Below, piece by piece: positions 46,701 through 58,950 of a stretch of 64,000 nucleotides of DNA (position 1 is the stretch's first letter; each line of letters opens with the position of its first letter). Source of the stretch: Perna viridis (Eukaryota); contig CM074512.1 in NCBI GenBank assembly GCA_037379345.1, positions 34,348,001-34,412,000 of the forward strand, given 5' to 3'. The position numbers were made by a program, and so were the translations under genes. Below the pieces are notes generated by a model, which made no database searches, had not been told where the DNA came from, and worked only from the letters and a program-made list of their open reading frames with translations.

Positions 46701-49700
46701 ATATCCGTATTTGTGGCCTATAAAACGTGTCTAAAGTTCCTGAAATAACTAAAAATCGAAAATGATATCATGAATTTATGTTGCCACTTTTTTTTTAGCT
46801 TTTTATCACACAGCATCAAGGCGATTAATCAATAAAAGTGTAAAATTTGCATAACTTTTACAGACTCTACTACCCACAACTTTCCTGTAATGTTATAATA
46901 GAAGCCAACTTTAATGGTCTTTGTACATGTATCAGCTTTAACTGCATAGTTAGTTAATTAATGACACCAACAGTTAATTCTAAATGGCTCTGATATCAAT
47001 CTTAATAGCTCTTATTAGAATAACCCAGACTAGAATATATAGTCAAATGGATTCAATGCAGCCATTACGTTCGTTTATAGGAAGCAAGTTTTTCCTATTC
47101 GTAAAACATTTTTGATGTCTTCATAGCCGGAATAGCTATTGAAATGCAATAGACTAAAGTGATAAACGTTTTCACTCTTGTACTTTTGTAACTGTGACGT
47201 CATTTAATGCCTGCGATACAAATCTTTATGTTTCCCGTGATTATGAGTTTCCAATTAATAATGACTTTTAATATACGTTTTAAACATCCTTTTCAAATTT
47301 CCATTAAGTTAACTTCATATGTGCATAAAAAAAATTGCTTTAAAGTGTAAGAGGGTGGTTACCGATATCCATTTATCTGAACGTACATAGTAGGTTTAAC
47401 AGCGCAGTTGTGACTTTACTATACTATTACGCTCAGTGGACCAGGCAAGGACACAAAGGGCTATATGACAAATTTTGTATTTTTGTGGTTTATATTTTTG
47501 AATTTTTTTTTCATTCTGATGAAATTAACAATCACAAGGATGGATCCAGAAATTTATGAAAGTGGGTTCTCCAATCAGGGATTAAAAAGGGGATAAACAG
47601 TCATTTCCTCAAGTTTAACGTACGTACGAAATTGACATTTTGCATTAAAATAGACGATCATTGGGCCACCGGGCATTACACTGGGCATTACACTGTTTTT
47701 AGCACCATCGACAAAGTTCTTATTACCCAACTTTTTTTTAAAATGGTTTGTTAAATAGACACGGTCAACTGAGCCACTAAATACTAACCTAAGCATCACG
47801 ATTAACAATGTAATGTGTATACGTACATTATATTACTATAACTTGTGATTTTAGAAATACGCAAAACTTACTGTGAAGAGACAGAAGTACTCATAATTGA
47901 AATTTAAACAAATTGACAATTTTAAATTTCCCTGTTTTGGCAAAAAGCAAATTATTTTTCATTTCAAAACTGAATAAGTAAAATTGCATCGTTTTGATAG
48001 ATGTAAAGATGGGAAATCCCGCCTTTCCGCCTTTTACTTCCGATCGACTCTCGGTTTCTGGCGCAACACTTCAAGGCTTACCAGTTTCTTTGGTACAAAT
48101 TGTGCCAGTTTCATTATTCATTTTGGCAACTTGTTCCATTCAGAATGAGAATATCCTGTATACGAGCTGTTTAACCGATACTTCTCGGTACTTTTATTTT
48201 AAACACCAATTATCTCCACATAGAACATAATTTGTTCATATTACTCAAATTATCGCATAATTACGTGACACGTCGAGTCGTTGATCTTACGTCATAATGT
48301 GGTGATTTCTTGACGCTGAGAATGCTGGTAATGTACACGGGATATCGATGCTAATAATCAGACTTGCTGCATCAAAGTCTTATAATGAAAATCAGTGACA
48401 ATTTTGGTTACATAAAGCGATTGTATCGTTACCTATTCTTTAGGAGTGCTGGAAGTATAGAATTGGTTCCAGTAAGCAAAATTGTGGCATAATATCACTC
48501 TTTAAAATCAGTTAGCCATTTTTTTCTCATAATCAAATCAAATACTTTATAGAGTACACAAAAAGGCCAAGAAAATCCATCCATGATGCTATACAGAGTT
48601 TGACACTTAACTTTTCTAGCTAGGTGGCCAAAAGAACTTTCTGATTGATTAGGTAGTCCTAAAAATTATCTTGCGGCCATGTCTGCAGGTAAAGTCAAAT
48701 TTTAAGAATGGATTAAGGTAGTACGAAGGACTACCAATTAAAATTTCCAGGTAGTCCTCTCTCAAATTAGGTAGGCAGAGGACTCCTGGACTGCTGTTAG
48801 TGTCAAACCCTGCTATGAACTTGGTTTAAAAAAAGTTTGTTGAATTGAGCGCTTCGAGGACAGGTGGTACATAAAAAGAACAAAATCATCCGAAATTTGG
48901 ATCATTTATTTATTAGCATTGTCCGTAACATCTGAGATTATTGTACAGTAAACGTACAATCTCAAGTAGGTTTAGAATACAACAAAACAATGAGCAAGTT
49001 TCATGGTACTAGTACGCAAATTTATAAGAATCATCTATATGAAACCATAAATCACAGTTGTACAAAAGGGCTTACAAAATGAAGAAATCGGAAAAGTTGA
49101 TGCAGCAGTCCAAATAAATAGTGCAAATAAACAACTTAATTAATGAACGTCGAAAATCGACTTGATGCATCGATATATGGAGCATTTTACGATCATTACT
49201 CTTCATATTTTCAAGATATAGTCTCAGATCTTAAAAAAGTTTGTGTCTACATGTATGGGATAGCTTCAATGACTCTTTGTGCCAGGAATTTTGTAAAACC
49301 ATACGCCAAGTCAATTAGCAATATTTTTAATTGATTTTAAAAAACGACTTGAATTGCACAAGTAATTCAAGATTATTTTTTAGTATGCACAGTTAGGGGC
49401 AATCATTTGATTCTGAGCCGGTCTGGCCAATTTTGTGGGGTTGGCAATTTTGCGTAACAGAAAATTTATTTTTAACCTCATCGGGACAAAAATTATGCAT
49501 TTCCATTTCACTGTATGAGAGTATCTGGATTTAGATCAGGATACTTATTTATTTTCTAGGAAGTGTAGACCAGAAAATTAATTTTCAACTTTTTCAGGGC
49601 CAGAACATTTATTTCCCAAATCTGCGAGGCCCCCACTTCAGAAGCTAATGATCCTCCAATCTCAAGTATTTTTTTTATCGGAGGGACACATGCGTACAAC

Positions 49701-50149
49701 AAATACAGACACCAAACTTGAAGTTACAGTCAGAGCTCGTTTTCCCCACTTTTAAACATTTCAAATTTATTCAACACAGTGATAGGTAATGTCGGTATAA
49801 AAACAGAAGGTAAATCTAACGTTTAAATTTAAACTCAAACACAAGCATACCGATATATGAAAATATCTCTTTCTAACCAATGTTAAATTCGATCGTAAAT
49901 ACATAATGATATACGACAAAACATAAATTTACAAACTGTAGTAAACGCTTTAACATTCGGTAGTAAAATAGTAAATTTATCAACAGGTAAAGTTAAAACC
50001 CCAGGGAAGCACAAGGAGATTACGTTAACATCAAGTTTACGTATGATCTGTTAATTTGTAAATTTTGTTTTATATAAATTTTACTTACCGACTGTTTCAA
50101 GAAATTCTCCAGAAATTAGTAGAATTAAAACATTGTAGATCCAGATCAT
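31585..50149 (-). CDS. CHRDL: Chordin-like protein (CHRDL1/2 family), 478 aa: signal peptide, 3 VWC domains, K/R-rich tract, CHRDL C-terminal domain
   Basis: Exons 50089-50149, 40641-40744, 39573-39666, 38691-38863, 37648-37744, 37258-37287, 35765-35859, 34887-35127, 32843-33124, 32263-32379, 31585-31727 total 1437 nt, all GT-AG and in frame. Three C..W/F..C..C.C..C..C..CC..C repeats. C-terminal FC...LVY...FAF....LDVWLW matches the CHRDL1/2 tail pattern. Confidence 0.9.
32263..32379 (-). CDS. chordin-like exon (C-terminal domain)
   Basis: GTKSEFKHSISNLQKLKYPASWFRQQIEDPSIIFGAARK; phase 1-1. Confidence 0.82.
32843..33124 (-). CDS. chordin-like exon (C-terminal domain)
   Basis: GNKRKRRPR...FCLPKKANYLVYRHFDEDLNIAFFAFDDLKSENLDVWLWSLNHTE. 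Confidence 0.87.
34336..34590 (+). mobile_element. MITE-like repeat, copy 1 (copy 2 at 49394-49657)
   Basis: Shared tagggg..caa(c/t)catttgatt start and tttattttctagga.gtgtag.ccagaaaa...agggccagaa block. Confidence 0.65.
34887..35127 (-). CDS. chordin-like exon (VWC3 C-half + basic tract)
   Basis: NGVFDCQKKQCPKLNC...ECCERCRKKGRKGRK...NTRK; phase-1 donor GTATGA. Confidence 0.9.
35765..35859 (-). CDS. chordin-like exon (VWC3, N-half)
   Basis: DCMAHDGIHKNNTQWHPVVNGSPMPCVTCSCL. Confidence 0.92.
36227..36320 (-). CDS. candidate alternative first exon of chordin-like, with its own signal peptide
   Basis: MIGRCLLCMPLFLYTCSSYVQSFELKSEDGK + phase-1 donor AG|GTAAGC, compatible with the VWC3 exon. Confidence 0.45.
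37258..37287 (-). CDS. chordin-like 30-nt linker exon
   Basis: DGPEITKKPS; phase 1-1; TAG/GTAAGA. Confidence 0.65.
37648..37744 (-). CDS. chordin-like exon (VWC2, C-half)
   Basis: NGNVLCHLKSCDIPSGCTKLIPQKNDCCPKCA. Confidence 0.92.
38691..38863 (-). CDS. chordin-like exon (VWC2, N-half)
   Basis: ...ECTYAGKKYSHLEVFPSN...NQCVNCACT. Confidence 0.92.
39573..39666 (-). CDS. chordin-like exon (VWC1, C-half)
   Basis: GSVKCERTVVCPPVECKNPKLDSRMCCAVCE. Confidence 0.92.
40641..40744 (-). CDS. chordin-like exon (VWC1, N-half)
   Basis: SSCKFNHKLYEEGEKWNPVLNSVGANCAECTCIK. Confidence 0.92.
40927..41246. mobile_element. palindromic repeat made of two head-to-head tRNA-derived (SINE-like) units
   Basis: Minus unit: A-box TGGCCGAGTGG, B-box GAGTTCGAGTCC. 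Plus unit: TGGCCGAGT...GAGTTCTAGTCC. Both continue GGAGGGAACG..AAAAATT..GACAGTTCTAA..TTTTTCAGACC. Confidence 0.75.
42701..42798 (-). mobile_element. copy of the dispersed structured repeat also at 62229-62400 and 63804-64000
   Basis: actccactaaa.actggga..atgga.caggtgcacc..tagg.taagcgtcctctg...ccgagttgctcat. Confidence 0.8.
45346..45383. repeat. perfect 14-bp inverted repeat near an hAT-like end (tttcaaatccctg ~45433)
   Basis: TTGCTAAGTGGACA ... TGTCCACTTAGCAA. Confidence 0.7.
48594..48812. mobile_element. MITE with CAG-initiated TIRs (hAT-like ends)
   Basis: CAGAGTTTGACACTTAAC ... GTTAGTGTCAAACCCTG; no clean 8-bp TSD. Confidence 0.75.
49394..49657 (+). mobile_element. MITE-like repeat, copy 2
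   Basis: Homologous to 34336-34590; ends in a degenerate inverted terminus aatgatcctcc. Confidence 0.65.
50089..50149 (-). CDS. chordin-like exon 1 (signal peptide)
   Basis: MIWIYNVLILLISGEFLETV(E); phase-1 donor GTAAGT. Confidence 0.75.
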
Positions 50150-50418
50150 GGTCTTAAAAGAGAAAAAAAAATGGAAAATTATTTTCTCAATGTTCACTTA
50201 TTTTATTTCTCACATTTTGCTTTGCTTTGATCCGTGCGACTACTCCTAATACATGTTTGAAAATTGTTTATTAACTGATCTTTAAATAGAAACTGTCTTT
50301 CACACAGTTATTATATGTTGTTGACGGCGTCTTGGAAATTATTAAAGTCCGAGAACTTGGAGTCGACCATCTAGCCAAAAACTTAAACGATAATTGAAAA
50401 TGCATTATAATTGTAAAC

Positions 50419-50441
50419 GGCCAATCACCTAAAACCACGTG
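50419..50441. promoter_or_regulatory. CCAAT box and E-box upstream of chordin-like exon 1
   Basis: GGCCAATCA and CCACGTG ~270-290 bp upstream of the ATG; motif match only. Confidence 0.3.
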
Positions 50442-51018
50442 ACAACAAACATTCGCCAGGGGAGGTCCCTTAAAACATCTTAAATTTACTATTTTAAAGG
50501 TGTATTAAACTTGATTTGTCAATGGCAAAAACTGCAAACATACGTTATACCGCACGACAGCGCAACAGACAGACTAACGCACGGTTCGGCTCCGGTTTCT
50601 CTCCGGATGATATTATTTAACGTATTATTACCTGAATGAAAGCTTTATAACACATATTATACAAGTAATTGTTTCTCCACTGGGGGTAGTTATGATAGAA
50701 TAGGCATAAAATGATCCGATATATAATAAATACATCATAGACAGAAACCTGTCTTCGCCTTATTGTCTAACTTGATGGGGTACTTGGAAAATAACAACTT
50801 TTAGGGCGCTCGCATATGTGCGACAAAATTGATATTTTACAAAATGGTTTTAAATCGACTTTTAACTGTTTGATGACTTTATACATCAACTGATGGCATA
50901 GGTGGACTACCTACGTACATACAAACACGCTTTAATAGGTTTTCTGCTAAGTATGGCTGCTAGAATTCAATTAAGCATTTAACACCAGGAAAAAAGTACA
51001 AACACAGAGGCAAATACA

Positions 51019-51050
<32 letters not shown>
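51019..51050. repeat. (AAT)n microsatellite
   Basis: ~10 AAT units. Confidence 0.95.
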
Positions 51051-52173
51051 GATGCTTACAAAAGTAGAACATGGACCAATATGCCAGGTATTCTAGGACA
51101 GTTTGGTGGTTTATGATTTATAATTAGGTCCATAGAAAATATTAAAAGGTTCCTTCGAAAGGTATTATAGGCATGTGTATGAATAAGAGTGAAAAAGATT
51201 ATTATCCAATTAAAAGCACATTATGAGCAAATAATCAGATGCAGATGGTTTATATTATTGGAGGTACATACACAGTTTACATGTAAAACGTTCTTGTACC
51301 AATATCAAATGTGTGACTACAGTGGATTTTCGGTTTAATCGAATCCAAATCGAGTGAACTATGTTGTTGGTTCTAGCGCAGATACAGAATGGGGAGTGGG
51401 TCCAGAAAAAGGTGAGTTCCAATCGCCGAACACTTTGATCCGCCGATGTGGGAAGAACCGTCCTCTCAATTCTTCATTTTATCACTATCGACTAACCCGA
51501 TATTACATTTTTTACAGCGCAGCGATAGCTCTTCTAAAGATTTTTATGTTGAATGCATTATTTTGTATCACTATGGTCTTTGTCTTATAATCTACTTGTT
51601 ATATTAGTGCACGATTTTACTTTGTGTTGACCACTTGTGATTGGATAAAACCATTCGTCCAAAAAACCGCAGCAGCAATATGCAAATGAAGAAAAATGCA
51701 TCCGCCATTAATGGAAGTATCTGAATGAAATATGCAAATGATCATAAAAGGAAAATCCATCCACCAATTATAACAATAGTTGCAGAATGACGTTGAAACG
51801 ACGCACGCTAACTATACACTTTTCAACAATTTAATATGAATAGTTCAATCACGATACCGGCCAGTGTGTACATTTGACCTGTACGCCAAGAGAAAAATTG
51901 AATTTACCTAGTAACCACTGGTCTTAAGCTCAATCGAATCTTAAGAAACATAAAGTAGTCGCAACTAGACATCCTACTTTGTTAAAGATTCAGCTTGACA
52001 ATGAATGCACCATCACGTAAAGTTGACTTGACAATTCATAGTTTGCAGTTTTCGTTTAGTTCGTGTCCATTGTCTTTGAACGCCCTTGACTACCTTTCGG
52101 GTCGTGTGCTATGATTCAACTAATCACCTTTATATTTGGACTCAAAATCGTAAAGTTTCAACTGAACATTTCA

Positions 52174-52317
52174 TTACACATCATCAACTTTGTCAGTCAC
52201 TAATACCTGACAAACTCCTTTTTACACATCATAAACTTTGTCAGTCACTAATACCTGACAAACTCCTTTTTACACATCATAAACTTTGTCAGTCATAAAT
52301 ACCTCACAAACTCCTTA
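52174..52317. repeat. 48-bp tandem repeat, 3 copies
   Basis: tacacatcataaactttgtcagtcactaatacctgacaaactcctttt at 52175, 52223, 52271. Confidence 0.95.
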
Positions 52318-55243
52318 TTCTTTTTCATATACGTTCCATATGACTGTGTTGAATAGAAAGATGACAAACATATAGATTACCATCCTCCGTATACTTCTTA
52401 AAACAAATACGAATTGTTAAAATCTCGTATACAAAAAATTGCCATCGTTTTCAATAGGTTCATTACTTTTGTTGTTTTTTTAAGTATACCTTAAAAGTTA
52501 ATCATTCATCAATGTTGTTGTAATTGAAATATATCTAAAACTTATAGAGGACACCTTTAATATTGTAAAGTATTCATACTCTCTTGACCCCAAGGATATC
52601 ACCCGCGCGATAACCCGGTTAACCTTAAAAATAACTACTGAGTGTTCATAACATGTCCTAGAAACTACAGAAATTCAACTATTAAAATCAAGTGTGATTT
52701 CCATGTTAATGCAAATGTCGTGTATAGAAGAGGACACAATATCCTCCTAACTCTATTATCAACTGCCCGAACGACACTAGGCTTGTTCCTCTTGTATAGG
52801 CTGCCGAACGACAATAGACGTGTTCCTCTCGCTAGATATAAACTGGTAAAAGTGAAATATATTCAATATTATACTTCAGTTCATATACTCTTATACTCCA
52901 AAACGATTTCAAATACTTGTTGAAGACATCCCGTACACACCACTTATTTTCCAAAAACCCATTTATCATGCTCAATATCCCAAATGTCACTCTACGCTCG
53001 GTCCCGCAGTTACTTTTATATTGCTTAATAAACAAGTCTTGGTTCTACACCAAAGGTAGATAAATTGATGCGCACTGAATAGAAGAAAAAAAAATCCCGT
53101 ATTTTAAGTACATATATCAATGTTCATGTATGCTCTATTCATTTGTAGATCCAATAGCTGCAATTGAAACAATATTGTACTTTTAATTATTCAAAATTTT
53201 AATATTTCAAAATTTTCATGAAAAAGAATTGGTACCACAGTATATTCAGCCGCTCGGATACCGTACTAAAACTGACACCTGGTATCAACTGATATCAGTT
53301 TATCAAAAGTATTTTGAAATTTCTATATCTTTTTAAGGTATATTCAATATTGCTGGTATCTATTCAGAAAGTCCGACTCGCCATTGTCACATTTACTATT
53401 ACTACTAAGTAAAAAAAGGCAAGTCAGTTGTCTTTTGATTTGATATACATGTAACGCAAAACCTAAAATAACTTCTCAGGGATTTTTTATAAAGCTAGAT
53501 CGTGTAAAACCAAATATAGCACTTGAAATATGTTTTTCATACGAATTACATTTTTTCTTAAAATTTAGTCATCGTACGATAGATAACATTAAGTTAACAT
53601 TCTTAATGTTCAGAATACATTAAGTAAAGACAATTAAGCCGAAGTTACGTATTGCCGTCGGATCTACAAAGTCTTGTATGATCAGATCCCGATTTTGTAA
53701 ACATATTATTATCACGTGATCATTATGTACATGCACTAAACGGGGATAAACAAAATCAAAGGTTATTCCCTATTTGTAAATTGTTATGGAAAATATATCT
53801 ATCGTAGGTGTTTAAATTTGTGCTTTTAACTGGCGCCAAACTTTTATTTCTTTTTAATTAATAACTTAAAAATGTATTTCGACGCCAAACTTTTGTATAC
53901 GTTCACAGGGTGCAGTAATATCCATAAATGAAGATTAAAAAGCACGATCATCTTTTTGAAAACAATGATATTTGGTAGACAGTAAAACTATGTTAATTGA
54001 TTAGGAATTTTAAAATTTTCCTTTCAAACCCTTCCCCATTTATTTAGATATCGCGCTGGTTTTCAGAGTTCATTGAGTACCCAAATGAACACCTAATGTT
54101 TGGAGGCTATTTTACACGACTCCATCGATATAACTTGCAGGCGCTGAACGATTTTAATATCTTAAGTTATATATGGAAAACATCAAAAGAAAAGGAGAAG
54201 CTTTTCAACAGACAAACAAACTCATCATAAACTAAACAAACACAAGACAAAACTAACGATCACACGACGTTAGTAATGAAATCAAGTAAAATATACTGAA
54301 AAATCATTATGATGAGATCTAGAAACTAGAATTATAACAATTAATATAAAGAAAAACTAAATTAAAAAAAATTATGTGAAGCCAATACAGAAATATCAAA
54401 CTGTTACTTGCATAATCAATGGATTGTCTGCATATGATTCATGCTTTATGGTGGTTTATAGGTTGAAAGATCATATATTTTTATTTACAATATGTCATTT
54501 AGAATATGTCGGATTAAAGACGTACCCATGTTCTCTCATTGATTGAACTCACCTACCCTTAATTTCATGTCGTATTTAAAATTTTGTCCAAAGTCAATAA
54601 AGAAAACCACACTTTATCAAAGGGAAAAAAAATATTATTGTCCTTTTACAATATTGTGGGACCAAATGAAGAAGATTTTTCACGGTACTCACCATTTGCA
54701 TCTTATCAAAATCCAAAACATGGTGAACTGGTACATCTATTGCCTAATTGATTCCTACTACAGAAATTGACCCTTAGTGTGCCTATTTCTGAACGTTTTG
54801 TCAAAATGAAAGAAATGACTTTTTAATAAAATTGACAAACGAGTTGCTATTTGCAGATCTTAGAATGGTACTTAAAAGATATTTGTCATAATTTGGAAAC
54901 CATTAATTCTTATAAAAAGCGGTAATATCTGTTTTGGAACGACGTATAACAAAATTAAGGAAAAAATGAGTTTCTTGTTCTATCAACTTGAACTAGTGTG
55001 AAGAATTCCATTTATAGTAAAATGATTTATATATAATTACGGAACCTGCCGATTGCTAAATATTTTTTTTCATTTCTTTTTTTTTCTTTTACAACCACCA
55101 AAAGATTGAGTCTTCAGTTTAACAGTATTATAGGAACATTTATTTAGTGAAATGGATAGATCCTGAATTGTAAGTATTTGTTAACCGCGAGGTAATGTTC
55201 AACTGATACATCTTCTGGGCACTGTAAAATATCCACTCCCCAA

Positions 55244-55480
55244 ATCATAATTTGTGCAAAATACGCTTGGGCAAATTATAATTTGTTTAAAAAAATGGCC
55301 AAAAATCACTTTCAACTTGTACAAGAATCTTTCATGTCTATTTTAATACAGTAAAATAGTTCACACGAGGCTCATGGTGTTTCTTGTCAGTTTTCTTGTA
55401 CAAGTTGAAAGTGATTTTGGCATATTTTTTGTACAAATTATGATTTGTCTCAGCTTATTTTGGATAAATTATAATTTGTA
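55244..55480. repeat. foldback/palindromic element
   Basis: Perfect 26-bp IR aaaatcactttcaacttgtacaagaa / ttcttgtacaagttgaaagtgatttt, with imperfect extension to ~80-bp arms. Confidence 0.75.
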
Positions 55481-55673
55481 CAAAGTCTAAATACAAATTG
55501 TAATGTGTACAATTTGTATGAAATGACATCTTGTACACAACATATATAATACATGAATTCTTTCTTCTGCATTAAAATTGTATGAATTAATTTGCTAAGT
55601 AAATATGTCATTACATTAATTATACCAAAGAAATAACTTTATTTTCTTTCATTCACATGTGTGAAAATATCTT

Positions 55674-55815
55674 AAGTAATCACAAGTAATTATGACGTAA
55701 TCATGATTACTTTGATTAAAGTAATCATATTGAAATTATGATGTAATCGATTATATTTTACCCCGAGTAATCATTGTGTAATCGATTACATTTGAACGTA
55801 TCAGCCTCAACCCTG
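55674..55815. mobile_element. GTAATC/GATTAC-rich hAT-like MITE end
   Basis: Multiple gtaatc(gattac) motifs ending in caaccctg. Confidence 0.45.
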
Positions 55816-56149
55816 GTTTTAAAGTTTAAACATATTTTATTTGTCGAATAACATACAAAGGGGATTAGACCCTGGTTTTATCCAAGTATAAGTCCCAAAC
55901 AACCAACTTCCATTTCTACAAGTTTAATATCCAAGCCCAAACTATCATCACGAATGCCTACTTCCAATCCCAAGTCTGCAGTGCCAATCTAAATCTATAA
56001 TGTTAATTCCTTTCTTCGTATCTCCAATAATTCCGACCCCACCCCTCAACTTCATTAGTTAATCCAACATTTCCAGTGATCAGTGTCTCTTGTCTACTCT
56101 GAATCCACATTTCTGAAGCCATCCTCTATCCAACAATCTTAATATCCAC

Positions 56150-56390
56150 TCTTCATTCCCAATTATCCTTCCACCGTTCGTTATCTCTTCTGTCTAATCC
56201 TTATTCCGAATTCTCATATCACCATTTTTATCTGCATTGCTTAATCCTCATTCCCGATTCTCCTTCCACCATTCATTATCTCCATTGCCCACTCCTCATT
56301 CCCGATTCTCCTTCCACCATTCATTATCTCCATTGCATACTTCTCATTTCCAATCCTTCTTACACCATTTTTCATCTTCATTGCCTTACT
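56150..56390. repeat. 48-bp pyrimidine-rich tandem repeat (~5 degenerate copies) in a C/T-skewed tract
   Basis: tcctcattcccgattctccttccaccattcattatctccattgc at 56245 and 56293, with decayed neighbours. Confidence 0.85.
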
Positions 56391-58510
56391 TCACTCCCGA
56401 TTTACAATTCCCCTTACTATTACCAATCTCCATAACACTATCAGATATCTCAAAAGATCCATTTTATTACCCATCAATCCCGACCCGTCTTCTCTTCGCA
56501 TCTTCAATGTCCACTCCCAATTCCCAATAATCAATGCAAAAACGACCATCATTTTCAATGAACAATGTTTCATCTTTCACTCGTCACAATCTTCAATGCC
56601 CAGTCCCAATTTTTCAAAACCAAACTTTACAGATTGAATAAATCATTACAGTTCATAGTAATAGTCAGGCAAGCGTATTAGGACGATTGATGTATGAAAT
56701 GTCGTTAAATTTCAATAAAACGCGTTTGGATGACTGAAATAATTTGTTTTAACTATATTGCTCACGTTCATGTTTGCATACAAAAAAATAAGAATCAAAG
56801 AATTATAATTGACAAACCTCGACAAAGAATCTGGATATTGCTCTTGTTTATTGTGAAAATATTAACTCATGCGACATGAATTTTGTAAATATGAAATATG
56901 TAAAACGTTTTAAGTCCGTGATTTTCATGGGCAAACCCAGGATTACAGGTCGGTCGGGACAAGATGACGGACCAAGCGAAGCGAGGCACGAACAGTTTCT
57001 GGGAAGAATATGTGTAAAATCAAGCTTTTATGCAAAAGAAATCTCCATTTTAGGTGGGGTCTGACACTGATTGACGCGCAACTATCGGTTTCACCCGAAG
57101 TTTGACATTTCGCATTTTTGTAAATGAAGATGCAGATGATACGCAAATATATAAAATAAAAGTTAATCATTTTTAATGACCGACACATTTTTTTTACCAT
57201 GGTACAGACCACCTTTTCCCATAATACATTAACAATGGTTATTGGTGAAGCTCTCAACCCTACTAAACAAACAGTCGCTGGTCAGTTTTTAAAATAAAAT
57301 CACCATTTGAAGTTTGTATCAGATTATTGTAAACGTAATAATTTTCGAGTAAAATATTTGTGGGTATCAAGTTTTGCAGTGTTGAAAAATGTTGAAATAA
57401 TTACCATCTCATAGTTTTCAAAAATTCATTTCGCAAGTACTTTTTCACGCCTTATTTGCCCACCTCTAAAATAGTGAATCAGCAAAAAGAAGTACACCGC
57501 ATAAAAACAATACGTTTGTTTTATTTTGATGACATTCTGAATATTGTACTTAAATTGCAGTAATAATTTGTCAAGTAGCTATAATTACCTGTTCTTGTGT
57601 ATATCAAACAAAACTATCAATCTCAAATTCCAACAAACTGTCCTTTTAGCTCTCAGATAATGCTTAATACTATATCTCACAGTGGTATACAGTTATAGTA
57701 TATGATGAAAACATTAAGTCGATTTGATCTGACTAACAAAAGTGCAAATTGAATTTATAAGAATAATGTCTATGTCTGATATCCGCAATAGGATTATTTT
57801 TTAGTCATCAAGCTTATTTTCATATTTTTGTTTATGACCAGTTCATTCATCAACATGTTTTCAAGCTTTTCCTACAATTAAACATTTTTTTTAAATGTAA
57901 CTCATGAGAAAGATATTCGAGTTAATGACTTTCTTCATGGAAAATATGTCTGGAAATTACATGTTCCAAGCTGTTGTGATCTATTCATACTTTATAGTTT
58001 TTTTGTTCTTGTAAGTAACAGTACTCGTAGTCGCTGTATTTAATCAGGCTAGTCATTTTATTTACGTTTTGTACAAGCTGTCGGCTATTTTAAATAACCA
58101 GAAAATGCATCAAGTAAGAGTCCCCAAAACCTCAAATTTAACACACCCTTTGACAGTTTTATTATCTAGCCCTAATATATTTTGTTGTATTCAAAATTGT
58201 TTCTTGTTTGGATTATAATTTTGAAAAATGAAGACAAATGCGAGAAAGGTTCTACTTTAAACCAATACTTCATGAAAGATCCCAACTCCACTGAAAGGGT
58301 AAACAATGATCAATTTCAAATTAACATATTGTTTAAGGGAAATTACTTTCATATTGTATGCTTATGATCAAAAATCAAAAAATATTATTCAATACTCCAG
58401 ATTTCATCAGTTAGAAGATCTAATTTATGTAAAATGAAGGGAAAATGTAGTAGGTATAGTAGTACAGACGATGGAATTGTTACTTTGTCTCCTGAACTCG
58501 TCAATCAAAT

Positions 58511-58535
58511 ACACACACACACACACACACACACA
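58511..58535. repeat. (AC)n microsatellite
   Basis: ~12 AC units. Confidence 0.95.
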
Positions 58536-58950
58536 TTGTGTCTAGGTAAATTGAAGAATAGGCCGGAATTCCGTAATATGGTCTTTTATTATAATTCATG
58601 ATGATTTAGAGTAGTATTTTAAAGTATTTTTAATTACTTTATTTCTTGAATTTCCTTTCAAAATCTTAGTAACTTTCTGTTTTATGAAGTACTACTTGGG
58701 CTTCTTTTTTTAAAACTTTATTCCAAACATCTGTCTTAGTTTTTTCAGTCGATCATTAAGTCTTGTTTGTCCTAGAAATAAGACAATAAAAAAAAAAACA
58801 TTTATTGCCAAAATGGATAAAATTAGATTTGCTCTTTGATTAATTCGTTTTTAATAAAGTCATTTGTTTATTCTTTTCAATTTTGCTTCATGTACACAAA
58901 GCTTTCTACTTTCAATGTGAATATTTTGTGTTAATGTAAAGTAAACCTGA

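Noticed and set aside
47994-48230. 78-aa ORF on +
   Set aside because: Non-ATG start, no domain, no partner exons; lies antisense in chordin-like intron 1.
56237-56573. His/Ser/Pro-rich ORF
   Set aside because: Translation of the 48-bp pyrimidine-rich repeat; no ATG start or splice context.
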